Source of the DNA: Antedon mediterranea
Lineage: Eukaryota; Animalia; Echinodermata
Assembly: GCF_964355755.1 (NCBI RefSeq)
Contig: NC_092673.1
Coordinates: forward strand, 18,287,648-18,351,647
Direction: 5' to 3'
DNA: 64,000 nt
The position numbers and the translations under genes are program-made. Position 1 is the first letter of the stretch. Each line of letters begins with the position of its first letter. Below are positions 37,909 through 50,090 of the stretch, piece by piece. The notes beneath the pieces are model-generated. The model saw nothing but the letters and a program-made list of their open reading frames with translations, had not been told where the DNA came from and made no database searches.

Positions 37909-38510
37909 AGACACCGATCCCTATGTTTTTTAGATCTATTTTAAGATCACAAACTATATTTAATGTCAAAATAATACTATATGGTCCTATTGCGATAACT
38001 TTTTTCGTCTTTAAATGGTTAAAAATGTGAAAAATAAGTCGATTCTAATAATTATAGCGGCCCGCTATAAATCCCAAAATGCATTGCGAGTGGATTGATA
38101 TTTCTGTTTTTCACCCACTTTTCGATCGATCGTGAGGCCAAAACTAACTTTTCAGCGAAAATACCGGGTTTTCCCCAATTTGTATCAACGGAGTCTGGCA
38201 AAAATATAAAGACAATTAATGCAGCAACTATACAACGTCAGGCTAGGTATATAGCTAGCGTACGATGTTCGTACGTTACCGATGTTTACCAGCTAGGCCT
38301 ACAAAACTAAGCCTAGCTAGGCTAGGCCTAAAGACCGTCCACGAGAGGTCAGTCGCCGCGAGCTACTTAGGTAGTGCATTGTTTCTCACTTTTTATCATA
38401 ATTTACCATAAAACGTACATTTAAGACAAGGAATGACCTGGTTTAATGTTTTTAAAGTAATATATATGTATTATTTTTACAAAACGTCACAAATTGTAGG
38501 GAAGGTGTCT
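37909..38510 (-). mobile_element. Kolobok-type MITE, copy with small internal deletions
   Basis: Same body as 32314-32939; ends GTAGGGAAGGTGTCT|TTAA. Confidence 0.85.
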
Positions 38511-38818
38511 TTAATGTTTTATATTCTAATGGTACAAACAATGGCATCTAGTGTTAATATGTCAACAAATGACCAAACAATCCTATAGGCCTAGCTAGTA
38601 ATAGCAATTAGCCTAGCAAGGTAGAAAGGCAACAATTCTATTACGAAATTTCGACAGGCAACTGAAACTTATCTACTAATTCTAAAAACTAACTAAAGGA
38701 TTGACTAATTCTGGTAGAGATTAAAGATTAAGAGATTAATTAATCAAAATCATAAAAACAATCTAAAGCTATAAATTGAATTGCTTTTTTTGTCTAATTT
38801 AATACATGTATCTCAAAC

Positions 38819-38851
38819 CATAGAGATATTACTATAATATCGATCTCTATG
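38819..38851. mobile_element. 33-bp hairpin insertion (CATAGAGAT...ATCTCTATG) with 7-bp TSD
   Basis: CTCAAAC at 38812-38818 and 38852-38858; same ends as the element at 14928. Confidence 0.8.
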
Positions 38852-39041
38852 CTCAAACCTGCCAACTTTTTCAGTGGCCAATGCGTGAGACATTAAATTA
38901 AATTGTATATAGCGCCCTCTATGTTATAATAACTTGAAAAACGCCCTGAGCTGTATGTTAAATTTTTTGCCGAATTGAGTTTGGCTTTCCTGTACTACTG
39001 TACCTCAACCATAAAATACAAATAAACATAGGCTTTAATAG

Positions 39042-40083
39042 GCCGGTCATTCTAATTACCAAAATCAACCGAAAACAACCAAAACAACTGAAAACAGCCA
39101 TAAACAACCAAAAACAACCGAAAACAAAATAAAATAATCTAAATACCGAAAACAAACCGAAAACAAAATAAAATAATCTAAATACCGAAAACAAACCGAA
39201 AACAAAATAAAATAATCTAAATACCGAAAGCAAATTTGTATATACATTTTTAATGTCGCCCTCTACTGATGGGTGTTTCTAGAGTTAAGACCATGACAGA
39301 GAGAAGGTTAAGACCGTGTGCGCAAAAGCCAAGGAAGACCCTACGAAATGGTAGTGTGCACAAAATACAACTAAAAATCGTACAATCAATCATTGATAAC
39401 ATCGCATTTACTTACATACAGAATCTATGAAAATATTTTAATTTTAGTCATTTCGATTTTTGATCCAGAAACCAACGCATTTACTCCTCACAATAATTGT
39501 GAATACGTTAATCCATAGTATAGAAAGTAAATTGACTATGGTTAATCATGATCAATTTAATTATAGATTTTCAAAGATAATAATACAAAAATGATATTTT
39601 TAAGAATATTGATAACATTAGGGACTATAAAGTATACTTAAAAGAAGCTCACGATAAAGGATTCACAATAAAATCTATTCAGTAAAATTACCGTAGTCGA
39701 GTAAATAACGTTTTTATCCTTAATCACTTCAGTATAGTGATGAAAACGCAAAGTTAGGTAAAATCATGCTTTGTTTTTGAAAATCTAAAGACTAAAAACG
39801 AAATGTGTTAGATTTTGTAAGTAAATGTAGTCTACGGTGTATATCATTGAATTTGTACAATTTTTTTTAGTTGTATTTTGTGCACACTACCATTTCGTAG
39901 GATCTTCCTTGGCTTTTGCGCGTGTGGTTTTCTCTCTGTACGGTCTTAGCTTTAGAAACACTCATCAATAGAGAGCGACATTAAAAAAAATATTAATTTT
40001 TTATTTTGTTTTTGGTTTGTTTTCGATTGTTTACGGTTGTTTTCGGTTATTTTTGGTTGTTTTCGGTAATTAGACTGACCCGC
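39042..40083. mobile_element. Foldback-type element with long imperfect inverted arms
   Basis: GGTCA(T/G)TCTAATTACC ends, ACCGAAAACAA subterminal repeats, arms 39240-39420 vs 39800-39985 inverted. Confidence 0.75.
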
Positions 40084-40326
40084 TTAGGCTATTTATGCTC
40101 AAATTCAATGAAGTGTAGTCTTGGACTATTTTCCCTTCAAAATAGGCAAGTTAATTTCAAAATAATGTTTTTCTGAATATTTTTTTTTTTGATGCGTAAG
40201 AAATAGCTACATATGCGTGAGGCATAACAAAATTGGACCTCATGCGTGAGACTCATGCATTGTGCATAAGAGTTGGCAGGTGTACAGTATACCATTTTCA
40301 TCATCAATGCCATTTTCATCATCTGC

Positions 40327-42317
40327 AATTTTCACCATCAATACAATTTTCACCATAAATATAATTTTCAGCATCGATACAATTTTCACCGTCAATACAT
40401 TTTTCACCATCAATACAATTTTCACCATCAGTACAATTTTCACCATCAATACAATTTTCACCATCAATTTAATTTTCAGCATCGATACAATTTTCACCAT
40501 CAATACAATTTTCACAATCAATACAATTTTCACCATCAATATAATTTTCACCATCAATACAATTTTCACCATCAATACAATTTTCACCATCAATACAATT
40601 TTCACCATCAATACAATTTTCACCATCAGTACAATTTTCACCATCAGTACAATTTTCACCATCAGTACAATTTTCACCATCAAGACAATTTTTCACCATC
40701 AAGACAATTTTTACCATCAAGACAATTTTCACCATCAATACAATTTTCACCATCAATACAATTTTCACCATCAATACAATTTTTACCATCAGTACGATTT
40801 TCACCATCAGTACAATTTTCACCATCAATACAATTTTCACCATCAATTTAATTTTCACCATCAATACAATTTTCACCATCAATACGATTTTCACCATCAA
40901 TACAATTTTCACCATCAATACGATTTTCACCATCAGTACAATTTTCACCATCAGTACAATTTTCACCATCAATACAATTTTCACCATCAATACAATTTTC
41001 ACCATCAATACGATTTTCACCATCAATACGATTTTCACCATCAGTACAATTTTCACCATCAGTACAATTTTCACCATCAGTACAATTTTCACCATCAATA
41101 CGATTTTCACCATCAATACGATTTTCACCATCAGTACAATTTTCACCATCAATACAATTTTCACCATCAATACAATTTTCACCATCAGTACAATTTTCAC
41201 CATCAATACAATTTTCACCATCAATACAATTTTCACCATCAATACAATTTTCACCATCAATATAATTTTCACCATCAATACAATTTTCACCATCAATACA
41301 ATTTTCACCATCAATACAATTTTCACCATCAATACAATTTTCACCATCAGTACAATTTTCACCATCAGTACAATTTTCAGCATCAAGACAATTTTTCAGC
41401 ATCAAGACAATTTTTACCATCAATACAATTTTTACCATCAATACAATTTTCACCATCAATACAATTTTCACCATCAGTACGATTTTCACCATCAGTACAA
41501 TTTTCACCATCAATACAATTTTCACCATCAATTTAATTTTCACCATCAATACAATTTTCACCAAAAATACGATTTTCACCATCAATACAATTTTCACCAT
41601 CAATACGATTTTCACCATCAGTACAATTTTCACCATCAGTACAATTTTCACCATCAATACAATTTTCACCATCAATACAATTTTCACCATCAATACGATT
41701 TTCACCATCAGTACAATTTTCACCATCAGTACAATTTTCACCATCAGTACGATTTACACCATCAATACGATTTTCACCATCAGTACAATTTTCACCATCA
41801 GTACAATTTTCACCATCAATACAATTTTCACCATCAATACGATTTTCACCATCAGTACAATTTTCACCATCAGTACAATTTTCACCATCAATACAATTTT
41901 CACCATCAATACAATTTTCACCATCAATACAATTTTCACCATCAATACAATTTTCACCATCAGTACAATTTTCACCATCAGTACGATTTTCACCATCAAT
42001 ACGATTTTCACCATCAGTACAATTTTCACCATCAATACAATTTTCACCATCAATACAATTTTCACCATCAATACAATTTTCACCATCAATACAATTTTCA
42101 CCATCAATACAATTTTCACCATCAATACAATTTTCACCATCAGTACAATTTTCACCATCAATACAATTTTCACCATCAATACAATTTTCACCATCAATAC
42201 AATTTTCACCATCAATACAATTTTCACCATCAGTACAATTTTCACCATCAGTACAATTTTCACCATCAATACAATTTTCACCATCAATACAATTTTCATT
42301 ATCAATACAATTTTCAT
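40327..42317. repeat. 18-bp satellite (CACCATCAATACAATTTT), roughly 110 copies
   Basis: Directly visible; source of the HHQYNF/MVKIVL/DGENCI pseudo-ORFs. Confidence 0.98.
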
Positions 42318-45300
42318 TATCTGTGCCATTTTATTGATGCAATTTTCATCATGATGATGATTAGGTTTAAAAAAGGTGGTAAAAAACTTTTTTTTAACCA
42401 GAGGCTTCCATTGGTACACCAAAGAGACGTAAAAAAATGAATTCATAAAAATGCAATATATAATATGTTATGTACCCAATATATCGTTTATTATTGTTCT
42501 GAAAAAATAATAAATAATAATGATATACATTCCAAAAATTTATAAATTAACATATTTCTCGTTTTCGGCAGGAAATTTAACTGAAAATATTGGAATCTAA
42601 TATCAAATAACCAGGCCATTTACTTTGGTGTTTATTTTGTTAAGTTGGAATAAATTCCAGTTGATAAAGTAATTGTTAACAATAACTAGATATGAATATC
42701 AATCAATATGTTATTACAAAATAGAAAAAAAAAATCATTAGAAGAATGTTGTAAACATTTAAAAATAAATCACTTTGGGAATTGACAATTTAATAATTAT
42801 CATTGTCAAATTGACCTTATAATATACTAGCAATTTTACCTGCCTGAGGTTTCAAACTTAGTTTAAAGCCTTCTCAGTACATAACACCCGACTCCAGTAT
42901 CTCCCTATATTCGCCAACCCCCACCCCTCTTTAATAACACCCCCACCCCTCTTTAATAACACCCCCACCCCTCTTTAATAACACCCTACACTCTTTTTTT
43001 AAAAAAATAAATTCTTCCCCCAACAAATTCAATTCAACTTTAGCTTCAAAATGAGAGGGGTATACATAGCTATGATATGCCTATGGTTTAAGTACGTTGT
43101 AAACTGTGTAAATGAATAGGTGTCATATTGACTGATAATTAAAATATCTAATTTTGGTATTGTGTTCCCTCCCCCAGCCTTCTTTCTCCTTTAGCCATCC
43201 CAGCCACAATTAACTAACCTTAACTCTACCCCAGGACAGTTCAAATGTAGTAACTTTTCCTAGTACAATTCCAATCATTATACTTCATTACGCCAGTATT
43301 TCAGCTCCCCCTCCTCCCTCCTCCTTCCCAACACACCCCAGATACTGGGTGATGCGTTTAGACGGTTCCAGTACTAATAATGTTAGCCATCACTCCAACC
43401 CATAATCCCTCAGTGGCAGTTTTCAAATGTAGTTTAAAACGTTCCCAGTACAGTTTCAGTCATGGTGATAGGCCTACATCCCCACCCCAAACTCCCAGCC
43501 CCTTCCCAGTGATAATTAAAATACTTTAACAATTTCCTACCACAATTCTGGTCAATTTTATAGCCTACCACCCCTACCCTAAGCAAAATCCCCACTATCC
43601 CCTGAACCCCAACTCTCACATCCTATCTCCCCACCCCCTCTCCCACTAAATCCCCGGACTTTTTGAAATGTAGTTTAAAACCTTCCCAGTACAATTGCGA
43701 TCATTTTGATACCCCATATGTATGGTTACATGCAGAAACAGAAATTTGTATAATGAACAAACATCGAAAGTATTTTCACATTTAATTTTTCCTTTTCTCT
43801 TCATGTCAAGCAATTTCTGTTATTTTCTTCATCACGTCTGTCTAATGAGTGAGTTCTCTCCTTTCAATTAGTTTAGTATGTCAACTTCAGATATTTGGGT
43901 ATAGACCGGCAGCCCAGAGACATTTGGTTAGATGAGCTAGGTACCAATATCTGACTATTTGAGTGTGTTGGGGGTCACTTGAAGTGAATGAAAATGGGAG
44001 TCTGCCGGGTACCCCCTGCTGCGTCTAGACCGGGGGGACCCCGAAACGTGCTAAAAAATCGGCACAGGTTAGATGAGAGAGATACCACCCAATTTTACCA
44101 CCATGGGATGCCCATTGGCATCCTTATAACAGTATCACAAACGACAGACTTTTTCTCTGCTGCAAAAGGCCCGCCAGACCCCCCGAGGGAGGGCCTAAAA
44201 TGGGGTTAGCATAGATGAGTGAGGTACCACTCAAAATCAATTCCAAACGAACAAGTTGTGTTCATACAATACTAAATGGATAACAACAGACTAATTGTCT
44301 GCTGCACCGCAAGTGCCAGACACCCCAAAGTTAGACTAGAAGCCCCCCTTCCCCCAACTAACCCAGCTTAGATATTGTAGATACCACCAGCAACCAATGT
44401 TATATGATTTAGCACATTGTAAGCAATACCAAATGACCTATTACAGACTATCTGAACACTGCCCTGGCCCTGGCAGACCCCTCTAAAGTTAGACTAGAGA
44501 CCCTCTTTCCCCAACTAGCCCAGCTTAGATATTGTAGATACCACCAGCAACCAATGTTATGATTTAGCACATTGTAAGCAATCACCAAATGACCTATTAC
44601 AAACTATCTGTACACTGCCTTGACCCTGGCAGACCCCTCTAAAGTTCGACTAGAGACTCCATTCCCCCAACTGGCCTAGCTTAGATATTGTTGATACCAC
44701 CTGCAACCAATGTTATAATTATGATTTAGCACATTGTAAGCAATACAAAATGACCTATAACAGACTATCTGTACACTGCCTTGGCACTGGCAGACCCCTC
44801 TAAAGTTCCCCCATTTACCCCAAGTATATAGCCTACCTTAGATATTGTAGATACCACCAGCAGCAAAAAAATAACCACCCAAAACAACATGTTTAATTGA
44901 ATAAAGTTTAACTTTAATCAAACTAACACAAAACAATTGAAAATATATCAATGACGATAAAATGACCATTACCATTCTAAAGGGGAAAATAGTTTAAGAG
45001 TTTCAATTAAAACTTATATAATTATAAGCCAAATATATATAACAAGTATGGATTCGGGTAAATTTAGCATTCCTTGCCTTTGGATGTCAAAGATACATCC
45101 GTCTGTAACTCTTGGACATATTTTGAGAGAAAGCTTAGTAATCACCCTAATCAAATTCAGGATGGTAGTAACTTAATCTAAAGTGATTTGATTAATTAAT
45201 AGTGGGTAATTTTAAATGCTGTATATTATAATCTTAATCCTGTATTCATATGTATATATATATATTTATAAATCCAAAGGCAAATTACTGAAAAAATGAC

Positions 45301-45395
45301 AATGCTGTGGGTATCAGTGGCTGGATCTCAATGGAGATACAAAAAAAAAGCGAAAAGCTAAATCAAAACGATAAAGTAAACAGCCAGAAAAGTTA

Positions 45396-45435
45396 GCAGA
45401 GCTTTCGCGCAACACTAGCCCTTCATCAGTGCAAG
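45396..45435 (-). ncRNA. Minimal hammerhead ribozyme motif (left arm)
   Basis: Minus strand CTTGCA-CTGATGA-AGGGC TAGTGTT GCGC-GAAA-GCTC-TGC; intact core, one stem II mismatch. Confidence 0.7.
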
Positions 45436-46019
45436 TCTTATATAGATGCGTTGAGGCTGCAAACGTGCTCAATTGGAATCAAGAGCGAATATATATTTTT
45501 ATAAAGTAGATGGAACACGGACGTCTATTACACGGTGTTTCACGTTAAACGATCTTCAGATAGACTGAACAATACCGTATCTCGATCGAAAAAAATATTT
45601 AAAAAAAAAATTATAAATATATATAATTTTTTTTTATGTACTTTATTTATGTAGATATGTAGTACTGTATCTATTAAAAAAGGTATTTGAACAAAATTAG
45701 AGATCTCAATGAGATCCAAATTGACAATTGCCGCAAAATCCTCACTGAGTTTGACGTTGAAATTCACTCTAGAACTAAGAAGTTGAAAAGAGAACTTCCT
45801 GCATCCTAGTTTCAAAACAAACTCAGGATTATCGCCAATGACTGCCGTAAACAATCAACGGTAATGGCCCGAAGGGAACATCACAAATTTGGTCTACCAT
45901 GCAGACTTGGTCATTTCAACACAAATGACTCTACCTTCGGATGACTTCAGGGCTTTTAGGAAACCCTGCAGAAGGTTCGTTGGGACATATAACAAGAATC
46001 AGAGCAACACCTCTGATTC

Positions 46020-47493
46020 AGTTGTTGAAATTGTCGACTTTCCGAAGGAGAGAAAAAACTTCCTTCCCGAGGACTTAAATTCTGCCCAAAACCAAGGCAG
46101 GTCGGCGCACAACAACTATCTTTGGATATAGAGTCTTTTTCTAGAAGATTACGATTACGTGAATATTTTGCTGATTCAGACAGCAGCACCACACAAAACG
46201 AAGGCAACGTTAACAAATTTAAACCAAAAAGTTCCTGGAATCCACCTAAAAATCGTTGTCCAGCTTTAGAAACATTTATCCAGGCTATTGAGGAGGATGT
46301 ACAAAACTACGTCCCGAGTCCAGATAAACGTGACAATCTCAAAACAAGAGAGGCAGGCCATTGCCAAATTGCGTCAGCGTAATGATATCATCATTAAACC
46401 CGCTGATAAAGGTTCTGCCACTGTTGCTATGGACATCAAATTTTATTAAGAGGAATCCTTAAGACAGCTTCATTATATATCGTAAACTCACAACGGAACC
46501 CACCCCGGAAATTGCGGATAAGGTGGCAAAATCTGTTTCTGTGATGGTAAAAAAAAACACTCCATCGATCCTAAGATTTACAGTTACCAAATCCACTAGT
46601 AGCGTTGATTTTGTGGACACTATAGTGACCATAGAAAATGGTACTCTCAAAACTGACCTATTCCGTAAACCCACTGATAAAAATATGTACCTGCTCCCTA
46701 GCAGTTGTCATCCCCAACATTGTACTAAAAACATACCGAACAGTAAAGCATTACCTATCAGACGTATCTGTTCTTCAGATTTAGATTTTCAGAATCGTAC
46801 CGAAGAACTAACCGGACATCTCCGGAATAGAAATTACAAACCTATCAACCTAGGTTGCCTCCATTACGGGGCTATTAATTTATTGAGAAACATATGCCCA
46901 TTCTACAGTCCACAGAACGTCTCAGGACTGTTTTTCCGGAACCACCCATTATTGCATTTCGTAGACCTCCCAACCTTCGTGATATAGTCAGATCCAAATG
47001 TAAGAGTGAAATTAACTCTCATGACAGTCAAAATTTGGGCAGTCACCTTTGCGCCAAATCTTGCAAAACTTGTTCATTGGTTGATTCTACTGAAAAATTT
47101 AAGAGTAACCAAACTGGCCACATTTTTCGGATAAGACAATCAATTAATTGTCTAACCAAAAACGTCATTTATCTCATATACTGTAATATTTGTGGCAAAC
47201 AGTACGTCGGAGAAACCAAAAACACTCTCCATATGAGAATGACACAACACAGATCAGCTATCAACACATTAAAGCTTGTTCAACCTGTAGCCGAACATTT
47301 TAATTCATCTGGTCACTCGATAACAAATTTCAGAGTTATTGCAATATTCCATGTGTCAAATGGAGCGACAAAACTTGCAAAGACAAGGAAAACCACTGGG
47401 AATTACAACTTAAAACCACAAAACCTTTTGTACTTAACATTAGAAACATACTCCCAGGTTGGTAAAATTATTCCATTGTCTACCTACATTTAA
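46020..47493 (+). pseudogene. Penelope-like element ORF remnant (RT core deleted; GIY-YIG endonuclease retained)
   Basis: FSRRLRLREYF, IIIKPADKGS, TDLFRKPTD, SSCHP, IRRICS, Cys-rich linker CAKSCKTC, NVIYLIYCNICGKQYVGET...RMTQHR; several frameshifts. Confidence 0.92.
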
Positions 47494-47520
47494 GTATCAA
47501 TATTAACCACCATTTAAGCT

Positions 47521-47650
47521 GTTTTTAGTCGCGTGGACGCGACTCTATAGTTCACTATGTCGGCGGTCGGTCGGTCTGTCGGTCTGTCTGTCGGTCCGGT
47601 ATCACTATGCGTTTTAGCACGCGACTTATGGCTGTTGGCCGTGTTTAGTT
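47521..47650 (+). mobile_element. DINE-1/HINE-like (Helentron-associated) short element
   Basis: T-run, subterminal IR AGTCGCGT/ACGCGACT, (GTCG/GTCT)n microsatellite, second ACGCGACT and a 3' GGC...GCC stem. Confidence 0.6.
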
Positions 47651-47793
47651 TCATTCCAAAATTGTTTATACTGTATCTCTACCAAGCTACCTTCTTTGTT
47701 TTCTACTCTTATTCAGACTCCACCCTGTCTCCTTTTGTTGTATTTCTTTTATTCCTGTCCACCCAGGCAGCACTTGCCAGCTCTTATCCTTCA

Positions 47794-47833
47794 CTTGCAA
47801 TGATGAAGGGCTAGTGTTGCCCGAAAGCTCTGC
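47794..47833 (+). ncRNA. Minimal hammerhead ribozyme motif (right arm)
   Basis: CTTGCA-ATGATGA-AGGGC TAGTGTT GCCC-GAAA-GCTC-TGC; perfect stem II, first core C changed to A. Confidence 0.65.
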
Positions 47834-49904
47834 TAACGTTTCTGGCTGTTTTACTTTAGCCTTTTGATTTAGCTTTTCACTTTTTTTTTGTATCTCCATT
47901 GAGATTCAGCCACTGATACCCACAGCATTGTCATTGTTTCAGTTATTTGCCTTTGGATTTATATATATAAATATATATAGAGGATTAAGATTATAATATA
48001 CAGCATTTAAAATTACCAACTATTAATTAATCAAATCACTTTTGATTAAGTTACTACAATCCTGAATTTGATTAAGGTGATTACTAAGCTTTCTCTTAAA
48101 ATAGGTTGCAAGAGTTACAGACGAATGTATCTTTGACATTCAAAGGCAAGGAATTCCAGATCCTCACAATTCTTAGCAGGAATGCTAAATTTACTCGAAT
48201 CCGTACTTGTTTATATTTGGCTTATATAAGTTTGAAGTGAAACTCTTAAACTATTTTTCCCTTTAAAATGGTAATGGTCATTTTATCGTCATTGATGTGA
48301 TATATTTTCAATTGTTTTGTGTTAGTTCGATTAAAGTTAAACTTTATTCAATTAAATATGTTGTTTTGTGTGGTTTTTTTGGTGGTATCTACAATATCTA
48401 AGGATATACTTGGGGTAAATGGGGGAACTTTAGAGAGGTCTGCCAGTGCCATGGCAGTGTACAGATAGTCTGTTATAGGTCATTTGATATTGCTTACAAT
48501 GTGCTAAATCATAATTATAACATTGGTTGCTGGTGGTATCTACAATATCTAAGCTAGGCCAGTTGGGGGAATGGAGTCTCTAGCCGAACTTTAGAGGGGT
48601 CTGCCAGGGCCAAGGCAGTGTACGGATAGTTTGTAATAGGTCATTTGGTGATTGCTTACAATGTGCTAAATCATATAACATTGGTTGCTGGTGGTATCTA
48701 CAATATCTAAGCTGGGCTAGTTGGGGAAAGAGGGGTCTCTAGTCTAACTTTAGAGGGGTCTGCCAGGGCCAGGGCAGTGTTCAGATAGTCTGTAATTATA
48801 GGTCATTTGGTATTGCCTACATGTGCTAAATCATATAACATTGGTTGCTGGTGGTATCTACAATATCTAAGCTGGGTTAGTTGGGGGAAGGGGGGCCTAA
48901 CTTTAGGGTGTCTGGCACTTGCGGTGCAGCAGACAATTAGTCTGTTGTTATCCATTTAGTATTGTATGAACACAACTTGTTCGTTTGGAATTGATTTTGA
49001 GTGGTACCTCACTCATCTATGCTAACCCAATTTTAGGCCCTCCCTCGGGGTTCTGGCGGGCCTTTTGCAGCAGAGAAAAAGTCTGTCGTTTGTGATACTG
49101 TTATAAGGATGCCAATGGGCATCCCATGGTGGTAAAATTAGGTGGTATCTCTCTCATCTAACCTGTGCCGATTTTTTAGCACGTTTCGGGGTCCCCCCGG
49201 TCTAGACGCAGCAGGGGGTACCCGGCAGACTCCCATTTTCATTCACTTCAAGTGACCCCCAACACACTCAAATAGTCAGATATTGGTACCTAGCTCATCT
49301 AACCAAATGTCTCTGGGCTGCCGGTCTAGTAGTCTACAGGTAGGTTCTAGAATGTGTTTTGACATAATTTTAGTAAAAAGATAAATATATTGCCACATAT
49401 GGTGTTTCATACATATGCTAATTTATCGATTATCGAAAAAAAACACAGTGGTCTCCAAAAAAAATTGAAACGCTATCCGGTGGACTAACATAAAAAAGAG
49501 AATATTAACTACAGACTTGGGGCAAGTCGTCTAATATTTAGGCAACTAATCTTTGTTATATGGATGATTTTACCAATGTACAGAAACAATTTTATTGCAT
49601 TAAATATTTTTTCTTTAGTTTAAAATGTATGTCAGTATAGTGATTCATTTGTTCATGTTTGAAAGAGTTGGTGTCAGTTTATTTCAAAATGGTAGCATAA
49701 ATCAATGTCGATGACCTATTACAATATAGTACACTCTCCCTCCCCTGAAATTGACACTTAACAAGTATATATAACTTTACTTATTTAATTTAACTTTACA
49801 ATCAATTGTGTTAATAATTAATGCATTTTAAGTTAAAGGCCAAAACTCAAATAGCGAAAGCTGATTTGTTTTGGTCTTTTTTGTCATAATTGTTAATGAA
49901 GTTT

Positions 49905-50090
49905 TTATATTATATTATGAGAGTGACAAATAAAGTATTTACACAATATATATATTTTGGCATTATGTGTACAATATGTTATTACAAAATAGACAAATAA
50001 TTACAAGAATATATTATTTTATTATTATGTTATGAGAGTGACAAATAAAGTATTTACACAAGTATATATATTTTGGCATTATGTGTACAA
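49905..50090. repeat. Short direct repeat, 2 copies ~118 bp apart
   Basis: TTATGAGAGTGACAAATAAAGTATTTACACAA...GGCATTATGTGTACAA occurs twice. Confidence 0.8.

Larger units (their letters stand above)
33428..38126. repeat. Tandem segmental duplication (~1.57-kb unit; first unit carries an RTE insertion)
   Basis: 33428-36558 minus the LINE aligns with 36557-38126; the junction lies inside a Kolobok MITE with AT microhomology. Confidence 0.9.
43902..49328. mobile_element. 5.4-kb composite element: ~1.53-kb inverted arms, TAG...CTA ends, 3-bp TSD, Penelope-like cargo
   Basis: 43902-45436 is the reverse complement of 47793-49328; GTA flanks at 43899-43901 and 49329-49331; each arm contains 3-4 ~120-bp tandem units. 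Confidence 0.9.

Noticed and set aside
38958-39247. Phe-rich minus-strand ORFs
   Set aside because: Derived from subterminal tandem repeats of the foldback element.
40240-42446. Long ORFs of HHQYNF, MVKIVL, DGENCI and TIFTIN repeats
   Set aside because: Translations of an 18-bp satellite that is stop-free in several frames on both strands; no splice or start context.
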